Origin: Bacteroidales bacterium
GTDB lineage: Bacteria > Bacteroidota > Bacteroidia > Bacteroidales > WCHB1-69
Reading direction: 5' to 3'
Length of the DNA stretch: 64,000 nucleotides
Assembly: GCA_017443175.1 (NCBI GenBank)
Contig: JAFSOZ010000011.1
Location: forward strand, 26,921 to 90,920
The notes beneath the pieces are model-generated. The model was not told the DNA's origin. It made no database searches and saw nothing but the letters and a program-made list of their open reading frames with translations. A program made the position numbers and the translations under genes. This document shows positions 61,842-64,000 of this stretch, in pieces. Numbering within the stretch: the stretch's first letter is position 1; the number at the start of each line of letters is the position of its first letter.

Positions 61842-62966
61842 TCACTGTCGCTGCAGCCATATTTCCAAAAACTTGTCATAAACTTGGTAAACGCCCTTTG
61901 TCTGTGTAATCAAATCCTTGTCCAACAAGGCGTTGACTGCTGATTTAACTGCACTGGGAGACGGCAAACCGTGGCGCTTCGAGAATTTCCCAGAAGTAAT
62001 CTGCGACACTTTCCCGTCGTCCGCAATGGCCTTGAGTACCAAGCTTTGCTTCTCGGGCAGCTGATACATTAAATCTTCGTACGTGGACTGGGTGAAATCC
62101 ACAATATAATCGATGGCAGGCTGGAGGTCTTCCACACCACAATGCCCGCCCTCCGAAGTGCGCATATACAACACGTTCATCACCTTCTGCAGATAGAACG
62201 TCACTCCTTCAAATCGGGCATATAACTGTTCAACCAATGCCTTGTCGATGGATTTCCCTGCTTTCTCAAAATGCATTCTGCCAAATTCCCAGTATTTATC
62301 CAAATCTATCAGATTCAGATTCATCACGGCCACACTTTGGTAGAAAGGTCGGTTGGGAGACACAAACATCGCACCCATCAGATGACGTTGGGAACCCATG
62401 AAAACGAAGTTGGCATTGCTGCAATATTGCACGTATGTACGTAATGCGGCTTCTACATTGGTATCGCCATATTTAAGAATTTGCTGGAACTCATCAATGG
62501 CCACAAAACAATGTCTGTCAGCCTGTTGTAAATAGTGGAAAATTTCATCCAACGTATTGTTGGGATTGGAAATATCGCCCACAGACACATCCCATGACGG
62601 TTGTCCCATTGCATCGAACGAAATTCCGGCCTTAATCGAATGGACAATGTTAAGGAACGTTTCCCAATGTTTCTTACCTTTTGGCTTGAGAACATCAAGA
62701 ATAGCGCGCCCCATCTTATTGACCATATCCGACAGAGACTTTGTGGAATAAATATCAATAATAAACGTATAGTATTGGTTCTTAATCTCTTGTTGATCAA
62801 AGCAATGCCGGATTAGATCGGTCTTTCCGTAACGGCGGGGCGAAATCAACGCAATATTGTTGCCATTGCGTAGCAACGATGTAATGTCTTTTGTCTCGTT
62901 GACGCGGTCACAAAAGTATGCTGAGCCAGCATAACCATTTGTCACAAAGGGGTTTATTATATTCAT
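61842..62966 (-). CDS. AAA-type ATPase (archaeal-ATPase/DUF234-like)
   Basis: 374 aa. Walker A-like ISPRRYGKTDL and Walker B FVAIDEFQQI, with a C-terminal winged-helix-like tail. Family assignment is from memory. Confidence 0.6.
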   Translation of the reverse strand: MNIINPFVTNGYAGSAYFCDRVNETKDITSLLRNGNNIALISPRRYGKTDLIRHCFDQQEIKNQYYTFIIDIYSTKSLSDMVNKMGRAILDVLKPKGKKHWETFLNIVHSIKAGISFDAMGQPSWDVSVGDISNPNNTLDEIFHYLQQADRHCFVAIDEFQQILKYGDTNVEAALRTYVQYCSNANFVFMGSQRHLMGAMFVSPNRPFYQSVAVMNLNLIDLDKYWEFGRMHFEKAGKSIDKALVEQLYARFEGVTFYLQKVMNVLYMRTSEGGHCGVEDLQPAIDYIVDFTQSTYEDLMYQLPEKQSLVLKAIADDGKVSQITSGKFSKRHGLPSPSAVKSAVNALLDKDLITQTKGVYQVYDKFLEIWLQRQ

Positions 62967-62983
62967 ATTCAGGAATTTCGTGG

Positions 62984-62991
62984 CAAAGATA
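62984..62991 (-). promoter_or_regulatory. -7 box (TATCTTTG on minus strand)
   Basis: 18 nt upstream of ATG 62966. Confidence 0.5.
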
Positions 62992-63042
62992 CAAATTTTG
63001 TCATAAAATGATAATCATAAAATGACAAAAAACATCGACTCC

Positions 63043-64000
63043 TCACCGCACTACCGTCACGCTCATGTTCAACCGTTGACGCTTCTTGCTGCTGGTGGCG
63101 CAACGGAACTCGATGGCACAGAAATAGACTCCGTCGGAGACGTTGGCGGCATCCCAACTCAAGGAATCCTTGCTCTCCTGTCGGTAAACCCGCTTCCCCC
63201 ATCGGTCGAAAATCTCCATCTCCATGCTGAGGAAGTCGCCCTCCAACTCCGGCTCGAATACGTCGTTGATGCCGTCGCCATTTGGGGTGATGACGTTGGG
63301 AAGAGTCATCAGGCAGGGCCGTCCATCAATTTGCACAATATTATCCGTTGTGTCGCACTCGGGTTGCAGACCACCGTACTGAGCAGCACCTTCCCCATTG
63401 TTGTTGACGACGATTTGCAGCGGATAAGGGTTGTCGAACTGCTTCAACTTGGTCTGACTGATAGAGAGGATGATTGTAGTGCATTCGCCCGGCAGCAGGC
63501 CTTGAGCAATCTCTTCGGTCTGCACCAGTTCGCCGGAAGCCGTATAGACGGAAACATACATAGGTGGAGAGAAGGCCAATTCGCCGGTGTTACAAATCTC
63601 CATCCCCACGGAAATGTAATCCTCCTCAAATTCCACAGACGGACTACCCGATACGGAGAGGTTTGCCAAGAGAGCGAACGGTCGTCCGTACTGGTCTAGT
63701 ATGGTGGCTTGCTGCAGGAAGTTGTTGAATGGCCGGCGCACCACGCCCTGTGGATCGGTAAAAGGTGTAGCATTATCAAACAACGGTTTCGGCACAGTCA
63801 AGTCTTTATTGATACTCGTTACATTATACATGTATTGGTTCCAGACTGGACGCGCCGGAGCCCAAGGATGGATGCCGCCGATGACCCACAATTCTCCGCC
63901 AACCCATCCTAAACCGCTGTATACCTTACCGCAGGTTACGATTTCCGCCGCTCCGTCACCGTTGACGTCCGCCACCACGGGATATTCATCCCATGTGCCA
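63043..64000 (-). CDS. T9SS type B sorting-domain protein (partial, continues beyond the window)
   Basis: The C-terminus PNVITPNGDGINDVFEP...IFDRWGKRVY...GVYFCAIEF is the gliding-motility-associated C-terminal domain. Upstream, VADVNGDGAAEIV is FG-GAP/VCBS-like. The reading frame is still open at the window edge. Confidence 0.75.
   Translation of the reverse strand, partial: GTWDEYPVVADVNGDGAAEIVTCGKVYSGLGWVGGELWVIGGIHPWAPARPVWNQYMYNVTSINKDLTVPKPLFDNATPFTDPQGVVRRPFNNFLQQATILDQYGRPFALLANLSVSGSPSVEFEEDYISVGMEICNTGELAFSPPMYVSVYTASGELVQTEEIAQGLLPGECTTIILSISQTKLKQFDNPYPLQIVVNNNGEGAAQYGGLQPECDTTDNIVQIDGRPCLMTLPNVITPNGDGINDVFEPELEGDFLSMEMEIFDRWGKRVYRQESKDSLSWDAANVSDGVYFCAIEFRCATSSKKRQRLNMSVTVVR

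Overview
This 64-kb window looks like a chromosomal segment of a Bacteroidota (Bacteroidales-type) genome. Three things point that way: TAnnTTTG -7 boxes sit 15-90 nt upstream of most first genes, Shine-Dalgarno sequences are almost absent, and there are T9SS C-terminal sorting domains plus the ftsX-DUF3098-uppP-truB gene order. Positions 1-45,000 are mostly housekeeping. They include ribH, fmt, HU, two SpoU-type methyltransferases, pnuC, rfbD, a tRNA-Thr/tuf/tRNA-Trp island, ruvC, corA, ybaK and miaA. They also hold an ECF sigma pair, a minus-strand cell-wall operon (ddl, two LysM glucosaminidases, an M23 peptidase, an orphan family-5 binding protein and a PAS protein), an MsbA-like ABC exporter, a four-gene Hnd/HydABC-type [FeFe]-hydrogenase operon, and an esterase/AraC/GH-A glycosidase group. 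Positions 45,200-61,700 are a mosaic surface-polysaccharide locus. It carries a Wzx flippase, gmhA, three GT2 genes, a CDP-hexose pathway (rfbF, rfbG, epimerase, reductase), a GT2-YfhO-TagF-like triad and a dTDP-3-acetamido-3,6-dideoxyhexose (Fdt/Qdt) cassette. A three-gene HipB/HipS/HipT-type toxin-antitoxin module interrupts this locus on the opposite strand. The other accessory items are a PIN-RelB/DinJ pair, an FGE-like gene broken by an in-frame TAG, a two-cysteine DsrC-like gene beside a NarI/DsrM-like membrane protein, and unusual short tandem repeats at gene 3' ends, including a 122-nt G-free tract. I saw no rRNA, CRISPR array, integrase, transposase or prophage genes. All functional calls come from reading motifs in the supplied translations, and no database search was run.
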